A stretch of DNA of 64,000 bases from Schmidtea nova (lineage: Eukaryota). The stretch lies in assembly GCA_044892505.1 (NCBI GenBank), contig CM097884.1:160766001-160830000 (forward strand), written 5' to 3'. Under the pieces are notes generated by a model that had not been told where the DNA came from, made no database searches, and saw only the letters and a program-made list of their open reading frames with translations. Of the stretch, positions 16,601 through 26,892 are shown in pieces. The first letter of the stretch is position 1, and each line of letters opens with the position of its first letter. Both the position numbers and the translations under genes were made by a program.

Positions 16601-18232
16601 AAGACCTGAACCTCGCACATCATGTGGACAAATACCGTTTGTCAATGCACGACCAGGGGTTTCTCGTAATTCATTAATTTTTTCAATGATGGTTTTACTC
16701 ATTGAGAGATAATTAATACCGGATAAAAGAGTTGTTGGATTCAAAATATAATGTGCATCGGTATTGTAATCTATTATTAATAAGTTTTCCCTTGATTTTT
16801 GGGGGGTTATAACTGAAAAAATGACTTGTGCTTTAACAAGACATTCATAATTTAGAAATGTACTGATGTATTGGGTACAATCATCGAGGATCGCCGTTGA
16901 CATTGTTGCGTTTAACAAGATAAAGGTCGGTGATAATTTTAGATTGTTAAAATAAGTTGTTAGAATTTGATCGTCAAGCTTCCCATTTATTGTGTCTAAG
17001 TTTAAACAGATTTCATTTACATGTTTTAGTTTCAATGATTTTAGTGATTTTGTAGTATCTTCAAGATTGGCAATGTTATTAAAAATTAACTTTTCTAATA
17101 AAGTAATGAAATATGATGCCATTATGATTGGTTCAACGGAAAATATTGGTGAGAAACTGATCTCGTGATCAATGATAAAGTTAATCTTTCTCTGAAGGAA
17201 AAATTGATTCAAATAATCGGTCATATTTTCTCCTATACCGATTAATCTTTCTTTTACAGTTTGAAAGCCTGTAGTAAAAATGTGACTTTTTCCGAGTTGA
17301 ACAGAGAACAGAAATAAGCACCAAGAGTTGTTATTTGGAATAATACTTATTACATGTTCAATGTATTGAAATTGTTTGAAAGTCACGTTTTCAATAATGA
17401 AAGCATTATTTTGCGCAACTATATTTGACGTTAATTCGGGAGAGAGAACCATTATATTAGTGTAGGTTGAAAACCATTTATCAATCAATGTTGATATGCA
17501 TGGGTTTTCGTTATATAGCATGATGTTATTTGCTTTGCTTTTATATCTAACTGCTTTCTTGAAGTTGATCAAGTTCATAAAGTTTGACTTTGGCGGACCA
17601 CCTCCAATTGTTTTTGATGTAATAGTGGTACAGTTAGCATTATTATTGAAAACATCTTCCCTTATACTATTTACAAAATTATCAGGAAAGTATTCCCAAA
17701 CTTGACTAATTATCAATGCGTAAGCGCAGACAAAAGGCCCACAATCAAAGTCGTTATTTTGATATTCAAGTTTTATATGGGGATTATATGTTACCGCCGC
17801 TTTAAGTTTAAACAATTTGTTTAAAGCCATATTTATTTTAAGGGCGCTCGTTTTGTTGATAAATTTATTTTTATTTTCAAGAATTGGATCAATGTAGTAC
17901 GAAAGTAAGGATGATTTACAGTACACGAACAAGATCCAATGTGCGTTTGATATATTTAATGGGCAAAGTATTATTTGCGCGTTAAACACCGTTTCTGGAA
18001 AGGAAATTATATTTTCCTCAAGATTTGCAAGTAAAATGCTAACAATATAGCATTTAATGCAAGCATACATTTGGCTACTGATATGACGCTCAAGATAAAA
18101 GTCAATGTCATCATCAGTGAACCAGGCCTTTGGATCACGCACTGAACTTAAATTATTTACAGTTTTATTACTTGTGCTGTCTGCATCAGTCTCTTTTGAG
18201 ATTGGGGCAGATATTAAGACTGATGCAGGCAC
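13652..18232 (-). CDS. ORF2 (protease-RT-CCHC-RLE), intact
   Basis: 1526 aa, same motifs. Confidence 0.95.
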   Translation of the reverse strand: MPASVLISAPISKETDADSTSNKTVNNLSSVRDPKAWFTDDDIDFYLERHISSQMYACIKCYIVSILLANLEENIISFPETVFNAQIILCPLNISNAHWILFVYCKSSLLSYYIDPILENKNKFINKTSALKINMALNKLFKLKAAVTYNPHIKLEYQNNDFDCGPFVCAYALIISQVWEYFPDNFVNSIREDVFNNNANCTTITSKTIGGGPPKSNFMNLINFKKAVRYKSKANNIMLYNENPCISTLIDKWFSTYTNIMVLSPELTSNIVAQNNAFIIENVTFKQFQYIEHVISIIPNNNSWCLFLFSVQLGKSHIFTTGFQTVKERLIGIGENMTDYLNQFFLQRKINFIIDHEISFSPIFSVEPIIMASYFITLLEKLIFNNIANLEDTTKSLKSLKLKHVNEICLNLDTINGKLDDQILTTYFNNLKLSPTFILLNATMSTAILDDCTQYISTFLNYECLVKAQVIFSVITPQKSRENLLIIDYNTDAHYILNPTTLLSGINYLSMSKTIIEKINELRETPGRALTNGICPHDVRGSGLLCKILICAFIKHYACDISLENINLRDIGNVISSLVPVANKTNKINTKIIPKGNEKELVKLNLIQRKIKIKDLLIAIKFSTVNEIIDIIIKEFPDRKKSTFKLYLGKNKRDNSKLNKTQIISLFMTEMKRAVSKIIDNFKINVRPSIEDIIKYYSHALPISKCWNSVLQFCKKSQKPLKLDRILPVEVLFELKKADNTSPGSDGIQYRDLRLLDPDGDLLAFLFNRIITDKIVPNDWKSFRTLLIPKPDKNDKYDNVSSWRPIALLSVIYKVFASILARRLTTWVDLNNILHIGQKGGSEHDGCVEHNSILTAALEHSKYSKDCPISIAWLDIKDAFGSVPHEYMWSVLRYIGVCDEFTTILQLLYSDTSSMYSCGPVLTSNIAIRQGVKQGCPISMILFAIAINPVLEAVSRSTVEPFMIGTSPLQILAYADDIALISKNVSDLQRITDIAVDTAAQIGFVYRPEKCGYIQLPKVHIDSEISIENIKIKKLLSREFYQYLGVPVGEDIDQSPYDILNKVISDAKKLANSDLLGWQKLKAYKIFLHSRLIFPFRTREIKTSTLAIPYGNSNVTGNNTSKLRSHLRKMMNLPENSEISYFYNSTENGGASCVDLLDEYHVQTIVHFFRLFTSICNYAKKINTDSLKFVTSSRLGIQHPTLQDSFDWLNGIECKRIHHGKKTRFRRARTSVEFLNKIHAIRISFQTLNNEPVLHITTKERGTLIATPDFRNSISKILHDTLFDSYLSKWQSSNKSNLIASAITLSPKINKAIFRSDLSEFSWNFIHRARTNTLSFLAKPFRNVKERLCRRCHSEEETMAHVLQSCKVHQTLATKRHNDCLKLITDQLTDPNLIVVIDQTCSLVPYSKERVDLIITDVNRKRILMVDMKCPIDCLSSFEQVNKENLLKYESLRKAIQIAKPDYKVELLTCIIGSLGSIPSLTFDVLLKVGIPLKKIDPLLKQCAISNIKHSANRWHFHTTGYLRDL

Positions 18233-18238
18233 ACACCT

Positions 18239-20983
18239 TCATTTATTTTTTTGTGTTACGCGCTTCGGTCTTTTAATAGTTTTACGATGAATATTAATTA
18301 TTTCCTCATTTGACGTAGCTGGACTTAAATCAATGTCAGTGGGAAGCAAGCGCTTAAGACTTTCTCTGTCTTTGTCTGATGTCAATAGAATGTTATCATC
18401 TATGTTAGGGGAAGGAGATATTTCTACAGATTCTTCATTAGAATCAACGACATTCTCAACAGTTTTCACACTATCAATTGTTGTACCGACATTTTCAGCA
18501 ATAGTCTCAGAATTTACATGTGGTAAAACATATTCAAGTAGTCTCGAAATGTGTACGCTCATACTAGGTGTACAAATTTTCCTACAATATTGAGGAACAC
18601 GGAAACGTCTGTTGCCATTTAAGAAATATCTCTTATCTCTTATTACAAAAAACACGAGTCTCTTTGCTCTTAAAATCTCATCATCGGTTAGTTCAGATTC
18701 AAAATCATTGATCTTACTAGATATTATATTAAGCGCCTTGATTTGATCCGACTTATTTGGAAGAGACTTATCTACAAACTCTAAGAAAGCATTTAACTCA
18801 GAAATAGTTTTGGGAGAGATTATGTTATGGATCTTGTCAATCTCTTGAGACAAATTAACCTGCTTTAGTTTCAGAAGTCTTTCCTGACAACTAGTTTTAT
18901 AATAAGAACTACTGAGATTCTCGATCATTTCTGGGCCCCATATCTCAATCGTGTCAATGTCCAATGAGTACGAGTTTTCAATATCTGTTATGGAATGCAT
19001 TAAAAAGCAATTCCTAAGATAGTTTTGAACGTATATATCAAAACTCGGCTTAATAATTAATTTTAGGGAATCCCTTAATTTTAAATAATTTAGGTAAAAA
19101 ATTATGTCAACCAGTTTTTGAGATGAAGTTGGTTGATCAAGAAGAGAACTAAACACATTGTCATCCTCTGACATCTGAACAAAGTTCAGTAGCCCTAAAT
19201 TAAACATGATATCGGAGGCACCATCTTCGTGCACAGCGACTGAATTTTCACTATAAATTTTAATAAATTTGCCCCCTGTAAATGAAATCTGTTCAGGGAA
19301 TTTATTTTCAGATTTTAATTTTTCTATTAAATTATTTAATGCGTGAGGATTAGCATATGTGTTTTCAATAAAACACAATTCCTCAATTTCTGGGTGTGAT
19401 TTAAATAAATTTTGTAATTGCAACCTTGACAATTCAGATGCAGTTTGAGTTGAGAAAATTTCATCTGAATCGCAAGTGCTAAGAATATCGAGCATTACAA
19501 AATCTCCGTCTAGATATTTAATCTGTGATTTTATTAAAAAGTCAGGGAGCTCTTTTCGCTGTTTTAATTCGCGGAGAATATTATTAATTTGTATTTCCCT
19601 GGACTTTAAATTACTAATAGACACAGTGCCGGCCAGTTTCGACGAAAGGGAACAAAGAAAACGCTTAATAATTGAAGAAGCCGGGACAAATTTCGTATTT
19701 GTATTGTTGGCCTTCAAAATGTTTGATCCAATCAAAAACGTCTTTGTAGAGGATTTTAAAATATTATTATTTAAAGGGACAACTTTATCAGGCACCAAAT
19801 TCTGAAAAACACAGATATTATGATTTCTATAAAAGAAACCTTCAAACCCAGCGATGCTTAGTGGATTTTCCTCTTTTATAATAATTAAAAGGTCATTGTT
19901 AATTAAATCAAATTTGTTGCTTGATTCTTTTAATTTCAAAAGTTTGTGAAATTTGGGAAATAATCTAAGAAAAGAATTTTTCTCCTTTTTTGTTAATATA
20001 CGCGGTAAAATATTTTCAAAAATTTCTTTTTTTAATTTAAGATGAGAATTTTTATTTTTATTATTATTTCTGAAATTAGAATTTGATTTCATTTTCAAAC
20101 TTTCCAATTTGAAATTTCGTTTATTTTGAAAGTTCTTATCAGTATTAAAATTATTTTTAGATTTAATTTCCTGATCATTTGATTTTAAATTAGAAATGTT
20201 ATTTGCAGTTGAAATTTCGAAATTTTCAAAATTTCGATTGTTTAAATTATCCAATTTAATCGCAGGTAAATTAATATTTTCAAAAACAGGTTTAATAATT
20301 TTCTTTTTATTTTCATTATTATTATTAATAGTTATATTATAATTTTCCAGCCAATTTCCATCGATTGCATAGCTTTCAGGAGTAGATCCATCATCTAGTA
20401 GAAGGATCTTTTCAAAATTATTATTTTTATTAAAAAATAAATTTTTGTTATTTAAAGTACTTTTTACATTATTATTATTATCTTTATAATCACTTAAATT
20501 TTGACTATTCGGCTTTTCTAGTTGAATTGTTCGTTCGTTTTTAGTCTGTGTAGAATTATTTCTGTAAATTGTCGACTTATTTAATAAAATTTTATGACAT
20601 GAATAGCAAAGATTGCCTGCACTTTTGTCATTTTTATTTACATTCAAAGAGTTGTCATACAATTCGCTATTTTTATCTAAATTAGGAATTATTCTAAAAT
20701 TTTCAATATTAGATTTACAATTAAAAGTAGATAAATTAGCATATAAATTACCACGACCAAAACCGGACACACCATTGTCAGAATTACCATTGTGAAAATT
20801 ACAATTATAATTTAAATTATCATTTAGATTTTTCGAACCAAAATTAGATATAGGTTTATTTACAAAATCTTGGTTCGAAACTTCCAAAAATTTAACAATA
20901 TAATCTAACTTACAGTTATTAGAATAAATCATCCTTTCAAGCTCTGACAAATTCGCCCCAAATGGCACAAAATTATCCTGCAT
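18239..20983 (-). CDS. Retrotransposon ORF1 (914 aa)
   Basis: Protein appears identical to 9585..12329. Confidence 0.9.
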   Translation of the reverse strand: MQDNFVPFGANLSELERMIYSNNCKLDYIVKFLEVSNQDFVNKPISNFGSKNLNDNLNYNCNFHNGNSDNGVSGFGRGNLYANLSTFNCKSNIENFRIIPNLDKNSELYDNSLNVNKNDKSAGNLCYSCHKILLNKSTIYRNNSTQTKNERTIQLEKPNSQNLSDYKDNNNNVKSTLNNKNLFFNKNNNFEKILLLDDGSTPESYAIDGNWLENYNITINNNNENKKKIIKPVFENINLPAIKLDNLNNRNFENFEISTANNISNLKSNDQEIKSKNNFNTDKNFQNKRNFKLESLKMKSNSNFRNNNKNKNSHLKLKKEIFENILPRILTKKEKNSFLRLFPKFHKLLKLKESSNKFDLINNDLLIIIKEENPLSIAGFEGFFYRNHNICVFQNLVPDKVVPLNNNILKSSTKTFLIGSNILKANNTNTKFVPASSIIKRFLCSLSSKLAGTVSISNLKSREIQINNILRELKQRKELPDFLIKSQIKYLDGDFVMLDILSTCDSDEIFSTQTASELSRLQLQNLFKSHPEIEELCFIENTYANPHALNNLIEKLKSENKFPEQISFTGGKFIKIYSENSVAVHEDGASDIMFNLGLLNFVQMSEDDNVFSSLLDQPTSSQKLVDIIFYLNYLKLRDSLKLIIKPSFDIYVQNYLRNCFLMHSITDIENSYSLDIDTIEIWGPEMIENLSSSYYKTSCQERLLKLKQVNLSQEIDKIHNIISPKTISELNAFLEFVDKSLPNKSDQIKALNIISSKINDFESELTDDEILRAKRLVFFVIRDKRYFLNGNRRFRVPQYCRKICTPSMSVHISRLLEYVLPHVNSETIAENVGTTIDSVKTVENVVDSNEESVEISPSPNIDDNILLTSDKDRESLKRLLPTDIDLSPATSNEEIINIHRKTIKRPKRVTQKNK

Positions 20984-21344
20984 TAATATTTTAAAAAATT
21001 TATTAACCTTTTCAATATCTTTCTTATAAATTTATTATAATGAGTTATTTAAACAAATTTATATTAAAGGTTTTCAAATTTCGAAATTTACTTTTCCTCG
21101 ACAAAATCAAACAACGCATGGCAAATGTTTGCCATTTTCAATCAAATGACAATCTCTTTCACAAATCTCATAGAATTTTGATTTTGTAAAATTATTAATA
21201 ATTTTTTTTCAAATAATGGTAACGACCTTGGAACGTTTATATTAATCCAATTTGTTGAATTTGATTTTGAGTAGAGCAAATTAGTTTCGACAAATTTACA
21301 ACGTTTACAATCTTATCATGATGATAAGATTGTAAAAAAAAATA

Positions 21345-21416
21345 TTCCCTGACCGGGAGTCGAACCCGGGCCACCTGGGTGAGAGCCAGGAATCCTAACC
21401 GCTAGACCATCAGGGA
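21345..21416 (-). tRNA. tRNA-Glu(CTC)
   Basis: 72-nt consensus copy. Confidence 0.96.
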
Positions 21417-21721
21417 TCGATATATGTTTCCAATCTCTAGTTAAAGGTTTTCGAATTTCGAAATTTACTTTTCCTCGACAAAATCAAACAACGCATGGCA
21501 AATGTTTGCCATTTTCAATCAAATGACAATCTCTTTCACAATTCTCATAGAATTTTGATTTTGTAAAATTATTAATAATTTTTTTTCAAATAATGGTAAC
21601 GACCTTGGAACGTTTATATTAATCCAATTTGTTGAATTTGATTTTGAGTAGAGCAAATTAGTTTCGACAAATTTACAACGTTTACAATCTTATCATGATG
21701 ATAAGATTGTAAAAAAAAATA

Positions 21722-21774
21722 TTCCCTGACCGGGAGTCGAACCCGGGCCACCTGGGTGAGAGCCAGGAATCCTA
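21722..21774 (-). pseudogene. tRNA-Glu target remnant (nt 20-72) at the 3' junction of E3
   Basis: Same junction. Confidence 0.95.
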
Positions 21775-22305
21775 GTAAACGTTTATTATTTATAATAAAT
21801 TTTCCAAATTTACAATGGGACAATGCTCTACATGGAGCATGCCTTTCATGAAAGATACAGCAAATAAAGAGACAGAATTTCAATGATAGTTAAAATCAAA
21901 TGTGAGAAAATAAGATCTCAATAAATGTTGCTTTTCATAAATGTTCCCTGGCGATGATTTGAAATATTTCATCGGACTGTTTTTCCGGCTTTGCGACATC
22001 CTTCAGCCTATCTTTTTATGTCATGATCACAGTCTTTTTGTTTTCTGAGGAATCCGCAGCAATAAAACTTCTTCACGAGTCAAGGTGTCTAGAGACATTG
22101 AGTTTACAGACTCTAGAATTGGTTCTACTAAATAAATATACAAATATACATATATACATATATAAATCCTCGGACTCGGGCGGAAAAAAATCTAAAATAA
22201 ATTTTATCTACAAATTAAAAAAAAAGGTTTATACTATATACATTAAAATGGCAATTCTCCGCACAACGAGTGTCTGCATTTTGATCGTGGCATTCATTAC
22301 AAATC

Positions 22306-25300
22306 TCACAAGTCTCTAAGATAACCAGTCGTATGAAAATGCCACCTATTGGCTGAGTGTTTGATATTACTTATCGCACACTGTTTCAAAAGAGGATCGA
22401 TTTTCTTCAAAGGTATTCCAACCTTTAAAAGAACATCGAAAGTCAAAGATGGAATTGATCCTAGAGAACCAATGATACAAGTGAGTAGTTCTACCTTGTA
22501 ATCAGGTTTCGCGATTTGAATTGCCTTTCTTAACGATTCGTATTTTAACAGGTTTTCTTTATTTACCTGCTCAAAACTCGAAAGACAATCAATCGGACAT
22601 TTCATGTCTACCATGAGAATTCTTTTCCTATTTACGTCGGTGATGATGAGGTCAACTCGCTCTTTAGAGTATGGAACCAACGAACAAGTTTGATCGATAA
22701 CGACAATAAGATTCGGATCTGTCAGTTGATCTGTTATCAATTTCAAGCAATCATTGTGTCTTTTTGTTGCAAGTGTTTGATGAACTTTACATGATTGCAA
22801 AACATGTGCCATTGTTTCCTCCTCAGAGTGGCAGCGACGACAAAGTCTTTCTTTTACATTTCGAAAAGGTTTAGCTAGAAATGACAATGTATTCGTGCGA
22901 GCACGATGGATGAAATTCCAAGAGAATTCTGACAGATCACTTCGAAAGATTGCTTTATTGATCTTAGGCGAAAGAGTGATTGCTGATGCGATCAAATTAC
23001 TTTTATTACTACTTTGCCATTTGGAAAGATAAGAATCAAAAAGCGTATCATGCAAGATCTTAGAAATAGAATTCCGAAAATCGGGAGTTGCGATCAATGT
23101 ACCTCGCTCTTTTGTTGTAATATGAAGCACAGGTTCATTATTTAGGGTTTGAAACGATATCCTAATGGCATGAATTTTATTCAGGAATTCTACAGATGTT
23201 CGCGCTCTCCGAAAACGTGTTTTCTTTCCATGATGGATGCGCTTGCATTCAATGCCATTTAACCAATCAAAGCTATCCTGAAGAGTTGGATGCTGAATTC
23301 CAAGTCGAGAACTAGTGACAAATTTCAAAGAGTCTGTATTGATCTTTTTTGCATAATTGCAAATGGAAGTAAAAAGTCGAAAAAAGTGCACTATGGTTTG
23401 GACATGATATTCGTCAAGCAGGTCAACACAAGAAGCTCCACCATTTTCCGTGGAGTTATAAAAATATGAAATCTCTGAATTTTCAGGAAGATTCATCATT
23501 TTTCTCAAATGACTTCTCAATTTACTTGTGTTGTTACCAGTGACATTGCTATTTCCATAAGGGATTGCCAAAGTACTTGTTTTTATTTCCCTCGTTCTAA
23601 AAGGAAAGATGAGGCGTGAATGTAGAAAAATCTTGTAAGCTTTGAGTTTTTGCCAGCCTAACAAGTCAGAGTTTGCAAGTTTTTTGGCGTCAGATATTAC
23701 CTTATTTAGGATATCATAAGGGCTTTGATCAATATCTTCTCCAACTGGGACACCAAGATACTGATAGAACTCGCGAGATAGCAATTTCTTGATTTTGATA
23801 TTTTCAATAGAAATTTCACTATCTATGTGGACCTTAGGAAGTTGAATGTATCCACATTTTTCTGGTCGATATACAAAACCTATTTGTGCAGCAGTGTCAA
23901 CAGCTATATCAGTGATTCGTTGCAAGTCACTGACATTTTTTGATATTAAAGCAATGTCGTCTGCGTATGCAAGAATTTGTAACGGAGATGTGCCAATCAT
24001 GAATGGTTCTACTGTCGATCGGCTGACAGCTTCAAGTACCGGATTAATCGCAATGGCGAATAAAATCATTGAAATTGGGCATCCTTGTTTCACCCCTTGT
24101 CTAATAGCTATGTTTGAAGTGAGAACTGGTCCGCAACTGTACATAGAAGATGTGTCGGAATAAAGTAGTTGCAATATCGTAGTGAACTCATCACATACGC
24201 CAATATATCGAAGGACAGACCACATGTATTCATGAGGGACACTACCAAATGCGTCTTTAATGTCAAGCCATGCAATCGATATTGGACAATCTTTACTATA
24301 TTTAGAGTGTTCCAAAGCAGCTGTCAGTATGGAATTGTGTTCAACACAGCCATCGTGTTCTGAACCTCCCTTTTGTCCAATGTGTAGAATGTTGTTCAAA
24401 TCTACCCAAGTAGTAAGACGTCTAGCCAATATCGAAGCAAAAACCTTATAAATCACTGACAATAAGGCAATCGGCCTCCAAGATGACACATTATCGTATT
24501 TGTCATTCTTGTCAGGTTTCGGAATCAAAAGAGTCCTGAAAGATTTCCAATCATTTGGAACGATTTTATCGGTTATTATTCGGTTAAAAAGAAATGCAAG
24601 GAGATCCCCATCGGGATCCAAAAGACGCAAATCTCTATATTGAATACCATCAGAACCAGGAGATGTGTTGTCAGCTTTTTTAAGCTCAAACAATACCTCG
24701 ACTGGCAATATTCGATCGAGTTTCAAAGGCTTTTGTGATTTTTTACAGAATTGAAGGACAGAATTCCAGCATTTGGATATAGGTAATGCGTGACTATAAT
24801 ATTTAATAATGTCTTCAATTGAAGGCCTTACATTTATTTTAAAATTATCAATGATTTTACTGACGGCTCTTTTCATTTCCGTCATAAATAGAGAAATAAT
24901 TTGAGTTTTATTTAATTTTGAGTTATCTCTCTTATTTTTCCCTAAATAAAGTTTAAAAGTTGATTTCTTACGATCAGGAAATTCTTTGATAATTATGTCA
25001 ATGATCTCATTGACAGTTGAAAATTTAATTGCTATTAAAAGGTCTTTGATTTTAATTTTGCGTTGAATTAAATTTAATTTAACTAGTTCCTTTTCATTCC
25101 CTTTTGGTATTATTTTAGTGTTAATTTTATTTGTTTTATTGGCAACTGGAACTAAGGAACTAATAACATTTCCAATATCGCGCAGGTTGATGTTTTCAAG
25201 GGATATGTCACAAGCATAATGTTTGATAAATGCGCATATAAGTATTTTACAGAGAAGACCTGAACCTCGCACATCATGTGGACAAATACCGTTTGTCAAT

Positions 25301-26886
25301 GCACGACCAGGGGTTTCTCGTAATTCATTAATTTTTTCAATGATGGTTTTACTCATTGAGAGATAATTAATACCTGATAAAAGAGTTGTTGGATTCAAAA
25401 TATAATGTGCATCGGTATTATAATCTATTATTAATAAGTTTTCCCTTGATTTTTGGGGGGTTATAACTGAAAAAATGACTTGTGCTTTAACAAGACATTC
25501 ATAATTTAGAAATGTACTGATGTATTGGGTACAATCATCGAGGATCGCCGTTGACATTGTTGCGTTTAACAAGATAAAGGTCGGTGATAATTTTAGATTG
25601 TTAAAATAAGTTGTTAGAATTTGATCGTCAAGCTTCCCATTTATTGTGTCTAAGTTTAAACAGATTTCATTTACATGTTTTAGTTTCAATGATTTTAGTG
25701 ATTTTGTAGTATCTTCAAGATTGGCAATGTTATTAAAAATTAACTTTTCTAATAAAGTAATGAAATATGATGCCATTATGATTGGTTCAACGGAAAATAT
25801 TGGTGAGAAACTGATCTCGTGATCAATGATAAAGTTAATCTTTCTCTGAAGGAAAAATTGATTCAAATAATCGGTCATATTTTCTCCTATACCGATTAAT
25901 CTTTCTTTTACAGTTTGAAAGCCTGTAGTAAAAATGTGACTTTTTCCGAGTTGAACAGAGAACAGAAATAAGCACCAAGAGTTGTTATTTGGAATAATAC
26001 TTATTACATGTTCAATGTATTGAAATTGTTTGAAAGTCACGTTTTCAATAATGAAAGCATTATTTTGCGCAACTATATTTGACGTTAATTCGGGAGAGAG
26101 AACCATTATATTAGTGTAGGTTGAAAACCATTTATCAATCAATGTTGATATGCATGGGTTTTCGTTATATAGCATGATGTTATTTGCTTTGCTTTTATAT
26201 CTAACTGCTTTCTTGAAGTTGATCAAGTTCATAAAGTTTGACTTTGGCGGACCACCTCCAATTGTTTTTGATGTAATAGTGGTACAGTTAGCATTATTAT
26301 TGAAAACATCTTCCCTTATACTATTTACAAAATTATCAGGAAAGTATTCCCAAACTTGACTAATTATCAATGCGTAAGCGCAGACAAAAGGCCCACAATC
26401 AAAGTCGTTATTTTGATATTCAAGTTTAATATGGGGATTATATGTTACCGCCGCTTTAAGTTTAAACAATTTATTTAAAGCCATATTTATTTTAAGGGCG
26501 CTTGTTTTGTTGATAAATTTATTTTTATTTTCAAGAATTGGATCAATGTAGTACGAAAGTAAGGATGATTTACAGTACACGAACAAGATCCAATGTGCGT
26601 TTGATATATTTAATGGGCAAAGTATTATTTGCGCGTTAAACACTGTTTCTGGCAAGGAAATTATATTTTCCTCAAGATTTGCAAGTAAAATGCTAACAAT
26701 ATAACATTTAATGCAAGCATACATTTGGCTACTGATATGACGCTCAAGATAAAAGTCAATGTCATCATCAGTGAACCAGGCCTTTGGATCACGCACGGAA
26801 TTTAAATTATTTACAGTTTTATTACTTGTGCTGTCTGCATCAGTCTCTTTTGAGATTGGGGCAGATATTAAGACTGATGCAGGCAC
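22306..26886 (-). CDS. ORF2 (protease-RT-CCHC-RLE), intact
   Basis: 1526 aa, same motifs. Confidence 0.95.
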   Translation of the reverse strand: MPASVLISAPISKETDADSTSNKTVNNLNSVRDPKAWFTDDDIDFYLERHISSQMYACIKCYIVSILLANLEENIISLPETVFNAQIILCPLNISNAHWILFVYCKSSLLSYYIDPILENKNKFINKTSALKINMALNKLFKLKAAVTYNPHIKLEYQNNDFDCGPFVCAYALIISQVWEYFPDNFVNSIREDVFNNNANCTTITSKTIGGGPPKSNFMNLINFKKAVRYKSKANNIMLYNENPCISTLIDKWFSTYTNIMVLSPELTSNIVAQNNAFIIENVTFKQFQYIEHVISIIPNNNSWCLFLFSVQLGKSHIFTTGFQTVKERLIGIGENMTDYLNQFFLQRKINFIIDHEISFSPIFSVEPIIMASYFITLLEKLIFNNIANLEDTTKSLKSLKLKHVNEICLNLDTINGKLDDQILTTYFNNLKLSPTFILLNATMSTAILDDCTQYISTFLNYECLVKAQVIFSVITPQKSRENLLIIDYNTDAHYILNPTTLLSGINYLSMSKTIIEKINELRETPGRALTNGICPHDVRGSGLLCKILICAFIKHYACDISLENINLRDIGNVISSLVPVANKTNKINTKIIPKGNEKELVKLNLIQRKIKIKDLLIAIKFSTVNEIIDIIIKEFPDRKKSTFKLYLGKNKRDNSKLNKTQIISLFMTEMKRAVSKIIDNFKINVRPSIEDIIKYYSHALPISKCWNSVLQFCKKSQKPLKLDRILPVEVLFELKKADNTSPGSDGIQYRDLRLLDPDGDLLAFLFNRIITDKIVPNDWKSFRTLLIPKPDKNDKYDNVSSWRPIALLSVIYKVFASILARRLTTWVDLNNILHIGQKGGSEHDGCVEHNSILTAALEHSKYSKDCPISIAWLDIKDAFGSVPHEYMWSVLRYIGVCDEFTTILQLLYSDTSSMYSCGPVLTSNIAIRQGVKQGCPISMILFAIAINPVLEAVSRSTVEPFMIGTSPLQILAYADDIALISKNVSDLQRITDIAVDTAAQIGFVYRPEKCGYIQLPKVHIDSEISIENIKIKKLLSREFYQYLGVPVGEDIDQSPYDILNKVISDAKKLANSDLLGWQKLKAYKIFLHSRLIFPFRTREIKTSTLAIPYGNSNVTGNNTSKLRSHLRKMMNLPENSEISYFYNSTENGGASCVDLLDEYHVQTIVHFFRLFTSICNYAKKINTDSLKFVTSSRLGIQHPTLQDSFDWLNGIECKRIHHGKKTRFRRARTSVEFLNKIHAIRISFQTLNNEPVLHITTKERGTLIATPDFRNSISKILHDTLFDSYLSKWQSSNKSNLIASAITLSPKINKAIFRSDLSEFSWNFIHRARTNTLSFLAKPFRNVKERLCRRCHSEEETMAHVLQSCKVHQTLATKRHNDCLKLITDQLTDPNLIVVIDQTCSLVPYSKERVDLIITDVNRKRILMVDMKCPIDCLSSFEQVNKENLLKYESLRKAIQIAKPDYKVELLTCIIGSLGSIPSLTFDVLLKVGIPLKKIDPLLKQCAISNIKHSANRWHFHTTGYLRDL

Positions 26887-26892
26887 ACACCT

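Larger units (their letters stand above)
13121..21063 (-). mobile_element. Full-length element E2 (7943 bp), probable recombinant copy
   Basis: Same structure; 3' half matches E3, 5' half matches E1. Confidence 0.95.
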
